From the NCBI GenBank assembly GCA_030390025.1, contig JASTWF010000070.1:248001-312000 (forward strand): DNA of 64,000 bases, read 5' to 3'. This DNA comes from Squalus acanthias. Its lineage: Eukaryota. The position numbers and the translations under genes were made by a program. Shown here one piece after another: positions 38,501-49,600 of this stretch (positions are counted from its first letter, which is position 1; every line of letters begins with the position of its first letter). Under the pieces are notes generated by a model, which had not been told where the DNA came from, did not search any database, and worked only from the letters and a program-made list of their open reading frames with translations.

Positions 38501-41500
38501 GAAGGCCAATGGAATGTTGGCTTTCATTGCTAGGGGGATAGAATATAAAAATAGGGAGGTATTGCTTCAGTTGTACAGGGTATTGGTTAGACCGCACCTG
38601 GAATACTGCATACAGTTTTGGTGTCCATACTTAAGAAAATACATACTTGCTCTCGAATCAGTACAAAGATGGTTCACTCGGTTAATCCCGGGGATGAGGG
38701 GATGGACATATGAGGAGAGTTTCGGTAGATTGGGACTCTACTCATTGGAGTTCAGAAGAATGAGAGGCGATCTTATTGAAACATATAAGATTGTGAAGGG
38801 GTTGGATCGGGTGGATGCGGGGAGTTTGTTCCCGATGATGGGTGAAACTAGAACTAGGGGGCATAGTCTTAGAATAAGGGGCTGCTCTTTCAAAACTGAG
38901 ATGAGAAGGAACTACTTCACTCAGAGGGTGGTAGGTCCATGGAATATGCTGCCCCAAAAAGCTGAAGAAGCTACATCATTACATACATTTAAAACAGAAA
39001 TAGACAGTTTCCTAGAAGTAAAGGGAATTAAGGTTTACGGGGAGCGGGCAGGAATTTGGACATGAGTCTGGGTTCGGATCGGTCATGGCCCTGTGGGTGG
39101 CGTGGCGGGCCCAGGGGCCGTGTAGCCTGATCCTGCTCCTATTTCGTGTGTCCAATTCTGTTGGGTTCAGGAGATGGTTCTGTGATAGTAGATTGGCGGT
39201 TGGGATCAGATCAGCCATGATCTTATTGAATGGCGGAGCAGGCTCGAGGGGCCAATTGGCCTACTCCTGCTCCTATTTCCTATGTTCTTATGTTCTTAAT
39301 AACACACACACAGACACTCAATCACTCACAGACACATACGCACACACAATCATTCATACCCAGACATAATCACACACACACACACATACACAATCAATCA
39401 CACCCAGACAAATTCACACACACACAAAATCAATCATGCCCAGGCAGAATCACACACACACACTCAATTACATACAGATACACACACTCAAATACACTCA
39501 CACTCACACTCATAGACACACGCACAATCAATCATACCCACACAGAATCACACACACACACTTAATTACACACACTCAAATACACTCACACTCAATGACA
39601 CACACACAATTAATCATACCCATACAGTAGCACACACACACGCCATCACACATCATAAAGAAAGAAATACTTTCATTTCTACAGCACCTTTCATGACCTT
39701 AGCACCGCCCAAAGCGCTTTACAGCCAAATACATACTTTTGAAGTGTAGTCACTGTAGGACACGTGGCAGCCAATCTGCGCACAGCAAGCTCGCTCAAAC
39801 AGCCATGGGATAATGACCAGATCATCTGTTTTTTAGTGATGTTGGTTGAGGGATAAATATAGGCCCAGGACACCAGGGAGAACTCTCTGCTCTTCTTCGA
39901 GATAGTGGCGTGAGTTCTTTTCCGCCCACATTCCGGCCTCAATTGAACATCTCATCTGAAAGACGGCACCTGCGACAGTGCAGCGCTCCCTCAGTACTGC
40001 CCCTCCGACAGTGCGGCGCTCCCTCAGTACTGCCCCTCCGACAGTGCGGCGCTCCCTCAGTACTGCCCCTCCGACAGTGCGGCACTCTCTCAGTACCGCA
40101 CTGGGAGCATGAACCTAGATTTTTTTGCGCAAGTCTCTTGGAGTGGGACTTGAACCCATGACCTACGGACCCAGAGGCGAGAGTGCAACCCAATGAGCCA
40201 GGCTGACAATCTCACGCACGCACACTCACTTACACGCTCACACTCACAGACACTTACACACTCATGCACTCTCACATGTACACACACAGTCACACGCACA
40301 CACACCCACTCACAGTGACACAGTCACACGCACTCTCATACGCACACACACACAATCACATTCTATCCAAACTGTTTCCTTCTTTGCCGACTTACCATAG
40401 AAACATATTTTGATTTAACTGTGAAACTATCCTGAGTGTCGTCTTATTTCTGAATCTTCATAATAATTACTGTGCTAATATATTAAAAACAGTATCTCCA
40501 CCGGATTGGCGGGGTGGGGGTGTGCGGGGGGCGGGGGTGGGGGGGAACTGGGGTTTGTGGGGTGAGTGGACATGGACTCAATGTAGAGAAAAAAATAATA
40601 GAAAATAACAAAAAGCTGGAAATCTGAAATAGAAACAGAAACTGCTGAAAATCCGCAGTAAAGTCTGGTGAAGGCATTCTACCCGGAACATTAACACATC
40701 CTTTCTATTATCAGATGGGAAGAGGGCTGCGGGATATGTTCTGTTTCCAGTTGGAGTAACCAGTGGGATTCGCTGCAAATTAAGATGATCTGCACAATGA
40801 CCTGCTCAATGCCAACCGCGTGAAATATCCCGCATTTTGCACCCATCCCAGAAATCACCAAGTTCCTGTATATTATTGCAACAGGTTCAATGAACTTACT
40901 TACATGTATTGCACCCTGATGTGTCCGCTTCGCCTCCATTTGACGGGTGTCATCTGTGTATTAACAGTTAAGAATATGAATTTAAATATTATCAATTCTG
41001 ACTAATGTATAATTAATTATAGAGGCACCATGCGCCAATGGCCCCCTAATATTCCCATGGTCCACCAATATGCCAATGGTCCAGCAATATGCTAATGATA
41101 CCCCAATATGCCAATGGTATCCCAATACGCCAATGGATGGACATGGATGATACACCCCCGGTGCCTGGCGTCTATTGTAGATCTGATACATAATTGTCAG
41201 CATTAATAACCAATAATTAGGCTTTCTGTAGGTCCGGCAGACATGAGCACGATGGCAGGACTTTTGCATGGCGGGAAATGCACTGATTGATCTTTGAAAT
41301 ATCCCACAATTGATGTTCTATCTGCAGCAACATTTCAGTCCAACTCACCAGAGTGTCGCTCATTTATTCCTGTTCTTAGCGTTCTCTCTCTCAAACTAAA
41401 ACTGTATGCGAACAAAAATATGAAACAAGCATTACTTCTTGTAAGTCCTTGGTCACGTGCCATAAATATCGAGAACAGAATTGTGGAATGGACTTTGAAT

Positions 41501-44500
41501 CAAACTTAAAAGAACGTGGAAAATATTGAAATTGGAGTTGGGGTTGACTGGTTCTGACACAGTATTAATTAGAGTGAGACTGTTACTGAGGAAGTTTGTA
41601 AATGGACCAGTTACTCACCTTTCCTTGTGGGGTCTTTTGACTCGTTCTTCTGAAACAGTTAACTGTAATTAGTATTGAAATCTTCGAGAAGGGAGTCACA
41701 TTAAACAAACATTTATTAAAATATTCCTGATTAACGTAAATTCTCACCTGATCTGCCGCTTTTACGATTCCAAATGAAAATGAGGATCAATACCAGAACC
41801 AGGCTCAACGAGACAGTTATTGCAACGGGAAGGGTCGGAATGCACCACCCTACAGAGAGAAACACTTAGAAAATGCTGCTGGGTCAACTCATTACTTTCT
41901 GGGATTCTCTGATGAGAAACCTGAACCAGTTACAATTTAGGAGCATCAAAGCCGGTGTGTGAAAGGACAAACCAGCCAATGCGACTAATAATGGTCAAGT
42001 GAAAGCTCAAAATGGAATAAATTGCACTAGTTTGGTGGTTTTGGTAAATTGACAAACGCTAATCTCAGTATTGCCCCATAATTTTAATAACGCACATTCA
42101 AAACATCCTATTTGAAAACTGAATCATAGAGTGATTACAGCACAGAAGGAGACCATTCAACCCATCGTGGCTGTGCCGGATCATTGGTGGAGCTACCCAA
42201 TTAATACCACTCCCCCTTCTCTTTCCCCATAGCCCTGTTAATGTTACCCCTTCAAGTATTTATCCAATTCTCTTTTGAAGGTTACTATTGAATCTGCCTC
42301 CACCGCCCTTTCAGGCAGCGCGTTCCAGATCACAACAAATCGCTGCATAAAAAAATGTCGCCTCATGTCGTCTCTGGTACTTTTGCCAATCACCTTAAAT
42401 CCATGTCATCTGGTTACCGACCCTTCTGCCAATGGGAAAAGTTTCTCCTTATTTATTCTATCAGAACCATTCATGATTCATGATTGAACACCTCTATGAA
42501 ATCTCCTCTTAACCTTCTCTAATCTAAGGAGAACAATCAATCCCAGCTTCTCCAGTCTCTCCACATGACTGAAGTCCCTCATCCCTGATACGATTCTAGG
42601 AAATCTCCTCTCTACCCTCTCCAAGGAATTGACATCCTTCCTAAAGTGTTATGATCAGAATTAGACACTATACTCCAGCTGTGGCCCAACCATTGCTTTA
42701 TAAATGTTTAGCATAACTTCCTTGCTTCTGTACTCTATTCCTCTATTAATAAACCAAGCACCCCATATGTATTTTTAGCAGTCTTCTCGACTTCTCCTGC
42801 CACCTTCAAAGATTTGTGCACAAACACCCCACATGTTTTATGAGTGATAAACTGGAACGATTACCCAATTTCAGTGAAGCTTCATAACTCGAGTATATTA
42901 AATTATATCTCACGGGGAGAGTGGGGATTGATAAAGGGGGTTCGGGTCTTTAAAACAGGAAACGAGAAAATAAACGGGTGGAAATGAGCGAGCGTCTGAT
43001 GCCAGCAGACGCGTTCAGCCAACTATTTCACCGCATCTCTTGACCAGTTTCAGGTCAGAAAGTGCGTTCACTCCAATCCTTTCCAGGATGCGCTGCCTGA
43101 AAGGGCGATGGAAGCTGATTCACTAATAATTTTCAAAAGGGAATCGGATAAATACTTGAAGGCGAAAATTTTGCAAGGACTGTGGGGAAAGAGCAGGGGA
43201 GAGTGGGATTATTTGGATAGCTCTTTCAAAGAGCCGGCACAGGCACGATGGGCCGAATGGCCTCCTTCTGTGCTGCATCATTCTATGATTCTAAAATGAC
43301 CCGCAGAAATATAAAGTCAGCCAAGAGCGGAGGAAGTATTTACAAGACCTTGGACGGTGGGTGACCGTAGCTTATTTCAATGTGTTTTATAACAAACTGA
43401 CAGCACTATTCTCCTGATATATAGATATTCATGTTCATCCCGTGGTGTTGCTTTATTTACAGACTTCAGGCGCTTAGGAGCGAGTGAAATACTCCAACTG
43501 ACGCTAAAGCTGAATACTGACCTTCGCTATACAGATCACCGACTCACCTGCCACTGTTTTGGGGCGCGACACGCTCTTGGCCCAAGATTTGCCCTTGGAA
43601 CCCAGCTCAATAATACAGGTGCAGACCCCGCCGCTTCTCCAGGCTTCCCTCGAGACCATCACATGGCTTCTGATGCTGTAGGTCCCGTCCGGGCCCAGTG
43701 TACCGGAATCGCTCCGTCCCTCGGTCAACTGTCCGGTAACGTTCCAGTAAATAGCGGTCTGGTTCGAGGAGACGCCAGTGACCAAACACACCAAGGGGAC
43801 GGTGTCCTTTAAATGCGGCTCCCCCGGCGGAGCAAACACCAGCACAGCCGTCTTGGGTGTGGAACTGTCTGGACAGGGATTGGGACACAGTTAACTCTTA
43901 CTTTACACCGAATGATATTGCTGTGCATGATCTGAATTCCATTTGGTTTTGCTCTTACCTCCAACCAGCAGTGTGGATCCATTCCCGAGCGGTGCATAGC
44001 TACCGCTAGCAGCACAGTAATAGGAGCCGGTGTCAGCCACCTGCACATTGCGGATTTCCAGGATCAGTATATATTTGGTGTGTCCTTTTCTAGAAGTAAA
44101 CTTGCAATCGGTCCGATTACAGGATGGGATATCGATTAGTCTCGGGGCTTCACCCACACGCTGCTTGTACCAGAAATAGCTATTCACCACATTCACTTCA
44201 TAAATCTCGTGACATTCCAATTTGACCGACTGGCCGACTCCGGCTGTCACTGTGAAGGGGCTTCGAGACAGGATGGGCTGGGATTCTGCAACTAGAGGGA
44301 TTATTGTTACATTAGAACTGATTATTGAGCGATAGAAAGAAGCCGCGTTGAAACACCTCGCCTGTAATTTAAGAACAGCATCATTATTGCCTTCAGTTAT
44401 TGCTTGTTATATCCATTCTCTAGTTTGCCTTTACTTCGCCTTATAGAAGGACCAGAAAGTAAACCAACATTATCAACAACAACTTTCTTTGATACAGCGC

Positions 44501-44981
44501 CTTTAACGTAATTAAAGGACCCCAGGCGCTTTACACAAATTTGACACCGAGCCACAGAAAGAGATATTAGGACAGGTGACCAAAAGCTTGGTCAAAGAGC
44601 TAAGTGCTAAGGATCGCCTTAAAGGAGGAGAGAGAGGCGGAGAGCTTTAAGGAGGGAATTTCAGAGCTTAGGGTCCAGGCAGCTGAAGGCACGGCCGCCA
44701 ATGGTGGAGCGATGGAAATCGGGGGATGCGCAAGAGGGCAGAATTGGAGGAGCGCCGAGATCTCGGAGGGTTGCAGGGCAGGAGGAGGTTACAGAGATAG
44801 GGAGGGGGAGAAAATATCAGCCCAAAGGTTGTTAGCTCGGTCACATTTTCAACTTAGTAAACACAGTCCATTGTTTCCAGTTTTTGGCTGATTCCATTTA
44901 GGAGAATGGAACCGTGTCTCACTCACCGTAAGGCCAGAACACGTGGACAATGAGGATCAGGGGAAAAGCTGCCTTGAACAT
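33992..44981 (-). CDS. Gene B: non-rearranging VJ-C1-TM-ITIM IgSF receptor, 6 exons, 313 aa predicted
   Basis: Exons 44981-44927 (L), 44291-43959 (VJ), 43868-43548 (C1), 41849-41748 (TM), 41662-41619 (cyt1), 34078-33992 (cyt2). All introns GT-AG, phases 1,1,1,1,0, total 942 nt open. Confidence 0.83.
34237..35085 (-). mobile_element. CR1 LINE 3' fragment
   Basis: [16 protein letters not shown] and RRMRGDLIETYKIL motifs plus the 3' tail. Confidence 0.9.
35420..35590. repeat. CA-rich micro/minisatellite, resuming at about 39300-39655 after the CR1 insertion
   Basis: (CA)n interspersed with caatcaatcatacccagacagaat on both sides of the LINE. Confidence 0.85.
35590..39298 (+). mobile_element. 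Long CR1 LINE (probable ORF1 3' end, APE endonuclease and RT), disrupted, with a nested insertion at about 38134-38432
   Basis: LNARSIRNK, GVVYRPPN, MGDFNY and SDHNMV (APE). The 492-aa ORF carries RT motifs KAFDKVPH, QGSVLGP and FADD. The 3' ORF runs 38454-39065. Confidence 0.95.
41619..41662 (-). CDS. Gene B cytoplasmic exon 1
   Basis: ctaattacag|VNCFRRTSQKTPQGK|gtgagt. An alternative acceptor 13 nt downstream would break the frame with the ITIM exon. Confidence 0.68.
41748..41849 (-). CDS. Gene B transmembrane exon
   Basis: tttctctctgtag|GWCIPTLPVAITVSLSLVLVLILIFIWNRKSGRS|gtgaga, an uncharged TM. Confidence 0.88.
43548..43868 (-). CDS. Gene B C1-set exon
   Basis: DSSTPKTAVLVFAPPGEPHLKDTVPLVCLVTGVSSNQTAIYWNVTGQLTEGRSDSGTLGPDGTYSIRSHVMVSREAWRSGGVCTCIIELGSKGKSWAKSVSRPKTVA, donor CAG|gtgagt. 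Confidence 0.92.
43959..44291 (-). CDS. Gene B single-exon VJ domain
   Basis: AESQPILSRSPFTVTAGVGQSVKLECHEIYEVNVVNSYFWYKQRVGEAPRLIDIPSCNRTDCKFTSRKGHTKYILILEIRNVQVADTGSYYCAASGSYAPLGNGSTLLVG, donor GAG|gtaaga. Confidence 0.92.
44927..44981 (-). CDS. Gene B leader exon
   Basis: MFKAAFPLILIVHVFWPY(V), donor ACG|gtgagt, phase 1. Confidence 0.85.
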
Positions 44982-46964
44982 CTTGAGGCCGGAACCGCGC
45001 TCAGTTATTCCCGTGCTCGCTCTCAACATTCTGCATTCGGAGTGGGCGCCGAGTGACCCGAGCGCACACACAGTTGGTTACACCCGCTTCAGATACGGTG
45101 GAAACTATTCAGCGCTAAGCCTTTAGATGCAGCATCTTTTTGGATCCCACGCCTGGTGCATTTTACATGTGGGCAGCGTCTGTGCGTCATAGCGGTCAGT
45201 CTAATGCAAAAAGCAGAGTGGCTATAAAGAGCTTTCGATTATAGTTCGGAGAGGGTGACAGAAAGGTTATGGTATGGATGTGTGCATTTGTCATTGTTCT
45301 GAATTTTAATTTTGGCAGTTAAAGTTGAGAATTGTATTTAATTCATTCACTGGATGTAGGCGGCGCTGGCAAGGTCGGCATTTATTGCCCATCCCTAGTT
45401 GCCCTTGAGAATGTGGTGATGGACTTCCTACTTGAACCACTGCAGTCCGTGAGGTGAAGCTGCTCCCACAGTGCTGTTACGGAGGGCGTTCCAGGATTTT
45501 GACCCAGCGACGATGAAGGAATGGCCGATATTTGTCCAAGTCAGGATGGTGTGTGTGACCTGGAGCGGGGAAATTGAAGGTGATGGTGTTACCATGCGCC
45601 TGCTGTTCTTGTCCTTCTAGGCGGTAGAGGTCGCGGGTTTGGGAGTTGCTGTCGGAGAAGCCTTGGTGAGTTGCTGCAGTGCATCTTGTATGGAGAAAGT
45701 ACACACTGCAGCCACGGTGCGCCGGTGGTGGAGGGAGTGCATATTTAATGAATGATATTGAGGGTCAGAATAGGATCAATTACTCCTGTGCAAACACTGG
45801 GCAATGCAGATAAACAGGACGCGATGTCACATGGAAGGGGAGGCTGTAAATGTGGTCAATGTACTCGAGTCTGCTCTCTGTTCAGTTGAATCTACCCTGG
45901 GTGACAACTGTCTTCTGTGTGCGGTTGAACATGGTGCCTCACTGTTTGACCTTTCTGTGTGTGGGCGGCTAATCTGCAGAAACAGGAAAACCACAGAGAG
46001 CTTCTAGCTCGGCCATTATTTTCCAGCTCAAGTCACAATCTCGGCCAGCCGTTTCCACAACTCGCTGCACTTTGCACATCTCTTCGCAAGCGGCCCGAGC
46101 AGCGTGATCTGTGGTAGTCAGAGCGATAGGCGCGGTCACAGCCAAAGCGCCTCTTCGCTGCCAACGAGCTGCCCCCTCTCTGCTTCAAGGTCAGACTCGC
46201 TTCTTTGTCAGTTGAGGTCAGGCATTTCCGCATCACTGTTCAGAAATTCAGTAAGGTACTAAGTGGTCTGCTCTACTCAAAACCAGTTCTACCAGAAATT
46301 CATCCTAAAATTTAAATTGATGTAACTTTCTCTTATCTGCCAGTTTCCATACCGCTTCATTCTTCTGAAGATGGCAACAGTTGACATAGGCGCCTTCCAT
46401 AGAATTACACAGAATGTGCAGCACAGACACAGGCCATTCGGCCCAACTGGTCCGTGCCGGTGTTTATGCTCCTCACCAGCCTCCTCCCACCCCTCTTCAT
46501 CTCACCCCATCAGCATATTCCTTTATTCCTTTCTCCCTCATGTGCTTATCTAGCTTCCTCTTAAATCCATCCATACTATTCGCCTCAACTACTCCCTGTG
46601 GTAGCGAGTTCCACCTTTTCACCACTCTCTGGGTAAAGAAGTTTCTCCTGAATTCCCAGTTGGATTTCTTAATTTTAAGTTTGTCATAAAAAATAAGTTT
46701 ACTGATTTTCTGATCAGAAATGTGTTAATGCTCGGAAATGCTTCGACTTGATCGATAGTGTGGGACTACTGGCATGGGAGGAGGCCCAACTACACCCGCT
46801 TTCTTTAATTTTCCTGTTGTAAAACTATAACCCCGCTCAGTTTGCTCAAGAGAGCTATTTTCATTTGAATCAGTTTGTATTGTTGAGATCACCAATTGGC
46901 TGCAACATCACGCTCTGTTTATGAGGCTTCACAAAGATTGGGTTATTGCAAACTCTTCGAGGTA

Positions 46965-47207
46965 AGATATAGCGATAGAGATGTAGACAGAGATCATGAA
47001 AATAGCGAGATGTAGAGATAGTGATAGATGGAGATAAAGGCCTGGAGATAGCGATTGAGATTGAGACAGATATAAAGATAGAGATGAAGATGGAGATAGA
47101 GATTGAGTTAGAGACAGAGATAGAGATGGTGATACATATAGATAGAGTTAGAGATAGAAAGATAAAGATAGATAGATAGGTAAGGAGACAGCTAGATAGA
47201 GAGAGAC
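46965..47207. repeat. GA-rich (gagata-like) low-complexity repeat
   Basis: Degenerate gagata/gata units. Confidence 0.85.
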
Positions 47208-47509
47208 GTCTAAGTCTGACATGTTAATGCTAATTACTTCATTTGTTAATTTTTGAAACACAATTTTGTCAGGGTGTTTACATGGAGCCTAGCAGTTTAC
47301 GCGTAATATACTGTTGATAGCAACTCTCCGCTGTAAGTGCATCTCTTGGCTGAATTATATTTGTTGAGTCCTGTCTTTCAACTTGTCCCAAACACCAAAC
47401 ATAGCACAATATATTCCATTATGTGTTTTTATTCGTCCAATATTAATCGCAATGGCTGGTTTCTCCTTTCACACCCCGGGTTTGATGCTCCCCCATTGTG
47501 ACTGGGTCA

Positions 47510-49600
47510 AGTTTCTCATCAGAGAACCCCAGAAAATAATGGCTTGACCCAGCAGCATTTTCTAAGTGTTTCTCTCTGTAGGGTGGTGCATACCGACCCT
47601 TCCCATTGCAATAACTGTCACGGTGATCCTGGTTCGAGTATTGATCCTCATTTCCATTTTGGAATTATAACAGCGGCAGATCAGAAGAGAATTGATGTTG
47701 ATCGGGACTATTTTAATAAATGTTTGTTTAATGTGATTCCCTTCTCGCAGCTTTCAATGCGAATTACAGTTAATTGTTTCAGAAGAACGAGTCAAGAGAC
47801 CCACAAGGAAAAGTAAGTAACTGAATCATTTTTCATCAGTAACAGTATTTAACACTGTGCCAAAATCAGTCAACCCCCAACTCCGACTTCAATGGTATAT
47901 TTTCCACGTTCTTTTAAGATTGATTCAAAGTCCATCCCACAAATCTATTTATGGCACGTGACCAAGGATTTACCAGAATTAATGCTTGTTTCATATTTTG
48001 TTCGCGTACAGTTTTAGCTTCAATGGAATGTTTCGCCCCGTGAACAGAGAGCATCTTAATTTCCATCCAATCCCCATTATCGCTCAGAATGGAAATAGAG
48101 CGAATCCATCAACTGCAGTGGTATCTACTGACAGGAATGATCAGTTAATGTTTCGGGCATAATGCCCTCGACAGATACTCATCCGCAGTGTAATTCCAGC
48201 AGTTTTAGTTTGTATTTCAGATAACAGATTTATTATTTTTACAGGGAGTCGAGGTCGCCCCCACTCCCGCCCCGGTGGGGTGACTGATTTTAATACTTTG
48301 GCCACAGCAATTATTATAGAGATGCAGAAATGCGACGACATTCCTGGATAATTGTGAAGATAACTCAAACTATGTTGCTAAATGGCTTACATGCTAAGTC
48401 GATATACAAGGCTTAAGAATGCATTTATGTGCGTGTGTATGTCTGTGTTTATATGTGGGTGAGTCTGTGTTTATATTTGTGCGTGTCTGTGTGTGTGTGT
48501 CTGTCTGTGTGTGTGTATATATGTGTGTGTATATGTGCCGATGTGTATATGTGTGTGTGTGTGTGTGAATGTATTTATCTTTATTCACGGGATGTGGGCA
48601 TCGCTGGCAAGGCCAGCATTTATTGTCCATCCCTAGTTGCCCTTGAGAAGGTGGTGGTGAGCCGCCTTCTTGAACCGCGGCTGTCCCGTGTGGTGAAGGT
48701 GCTCCCACGGTGCTGTTAGGGAGGGAGTTCCAGGATTTTTACCCAACGACGATGAAGGAACGGCCGATATATTTCCAAGTCAGGATGATGCGTGACTTGG
48801 AGGGGAACTTGGAGGTGATGGTGTTTCCATGCGCCTGCTGCCCTTGTCCTTCTAGGCGTATGTTTATGTGTGTATGTATTTGTGTGTATGTGTTTGTAAG
48901 TATGTGTGTATGTAAGTGCGTGCATGTGTTTTTGTGTATGTAAGTGTGTATGTGTGTGTGCATGTGTTTTTGTATCTGTACTTTTCTGTGTGCTATAACG
49001 AGACGCTGCTGCTATCTGTCTACACCACTAAGCAGCGAGCTAGGCCCTCCTAACAGGCAAACAGTTTTTTCATTGAGGACCCAGGCAGACTCTTCGCTTG
49101 CCGGTAGGGACGCCATAGCAGCGGTTTCCATTCTCTTAAAACAATGACCTGGGGCCATTATTCGGAACTATGCCCCTTGACCCTGGAAACACTTCTCCTA
49201 GCAGATGGCGCATGACGAAATGGCTGATTGGATTGGTTCGACGTGTCAACCAATCAAACTGTGCCGTTGTCTGAATGGATACTTTGATTTAAAAAATAAT
49301 CTTGTTGGTTTCTAATTTGAGATTATTTATGAGTAATATCCGTCTACTGTTGCCTATAAACAGGAAGCCAGTCCCGTGTCTTATGGAGAACGAGTAAGCT
49401 GATATAAACATGATTTAAATATCAATACATTTCCCTGTTTTAACATGTTTTCCAGGCTCGGGGCGGCCCACGTGACAAGACTCGACACATCGTTGGATTT
49501 TGCTGCATTGAAAATGTCATCAAAAAAGAAGGCGGGAAAGAGACGCGAACTCGAATGGGTTCTATCAGATTTACGAAAGAATCCACAGCAGGTGGAAACT
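47510..49600 (+). pseudogene. Inverted, decayed copy of the 3' half of gene B (TM, cyt1, intron, ITIM exon)
   Basis: TM homologue 47582-47684 (1-nt insertion, TAA at 47668, donor GT changed to AA). cyt1 homologue 47770-47812. ITIM-exon homologue from 49462 (acceptor AG to GG, 2-nt deletion, Tyr tac to gac). Intronic blocks and the TG-rich repeat are also collinear. Confidence 0.88.

Noticed and set aside
39230-39630. His/Thr-rich and Cys/Val-rich ORFs (also 48394-48963)
   Set aside because: Translations of CA/TG microsatellite sequence.
22489-44981. Calling genes A and B TCR chains or ordinary Ig light chains
   Set aside because: They have no RSS or separate J, uncharged TMs without TCR Lys/Arg, and ITIM-bearing tails. 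Light chains lack TM exons.
46027-46255. GC-rich stretch with AG and GT boundaries upstream of the pseudo-TM exon
   Set aside because: Its translation has no Ig-domain motifs and its phase does not fit the family, so it cannot be called an exon.
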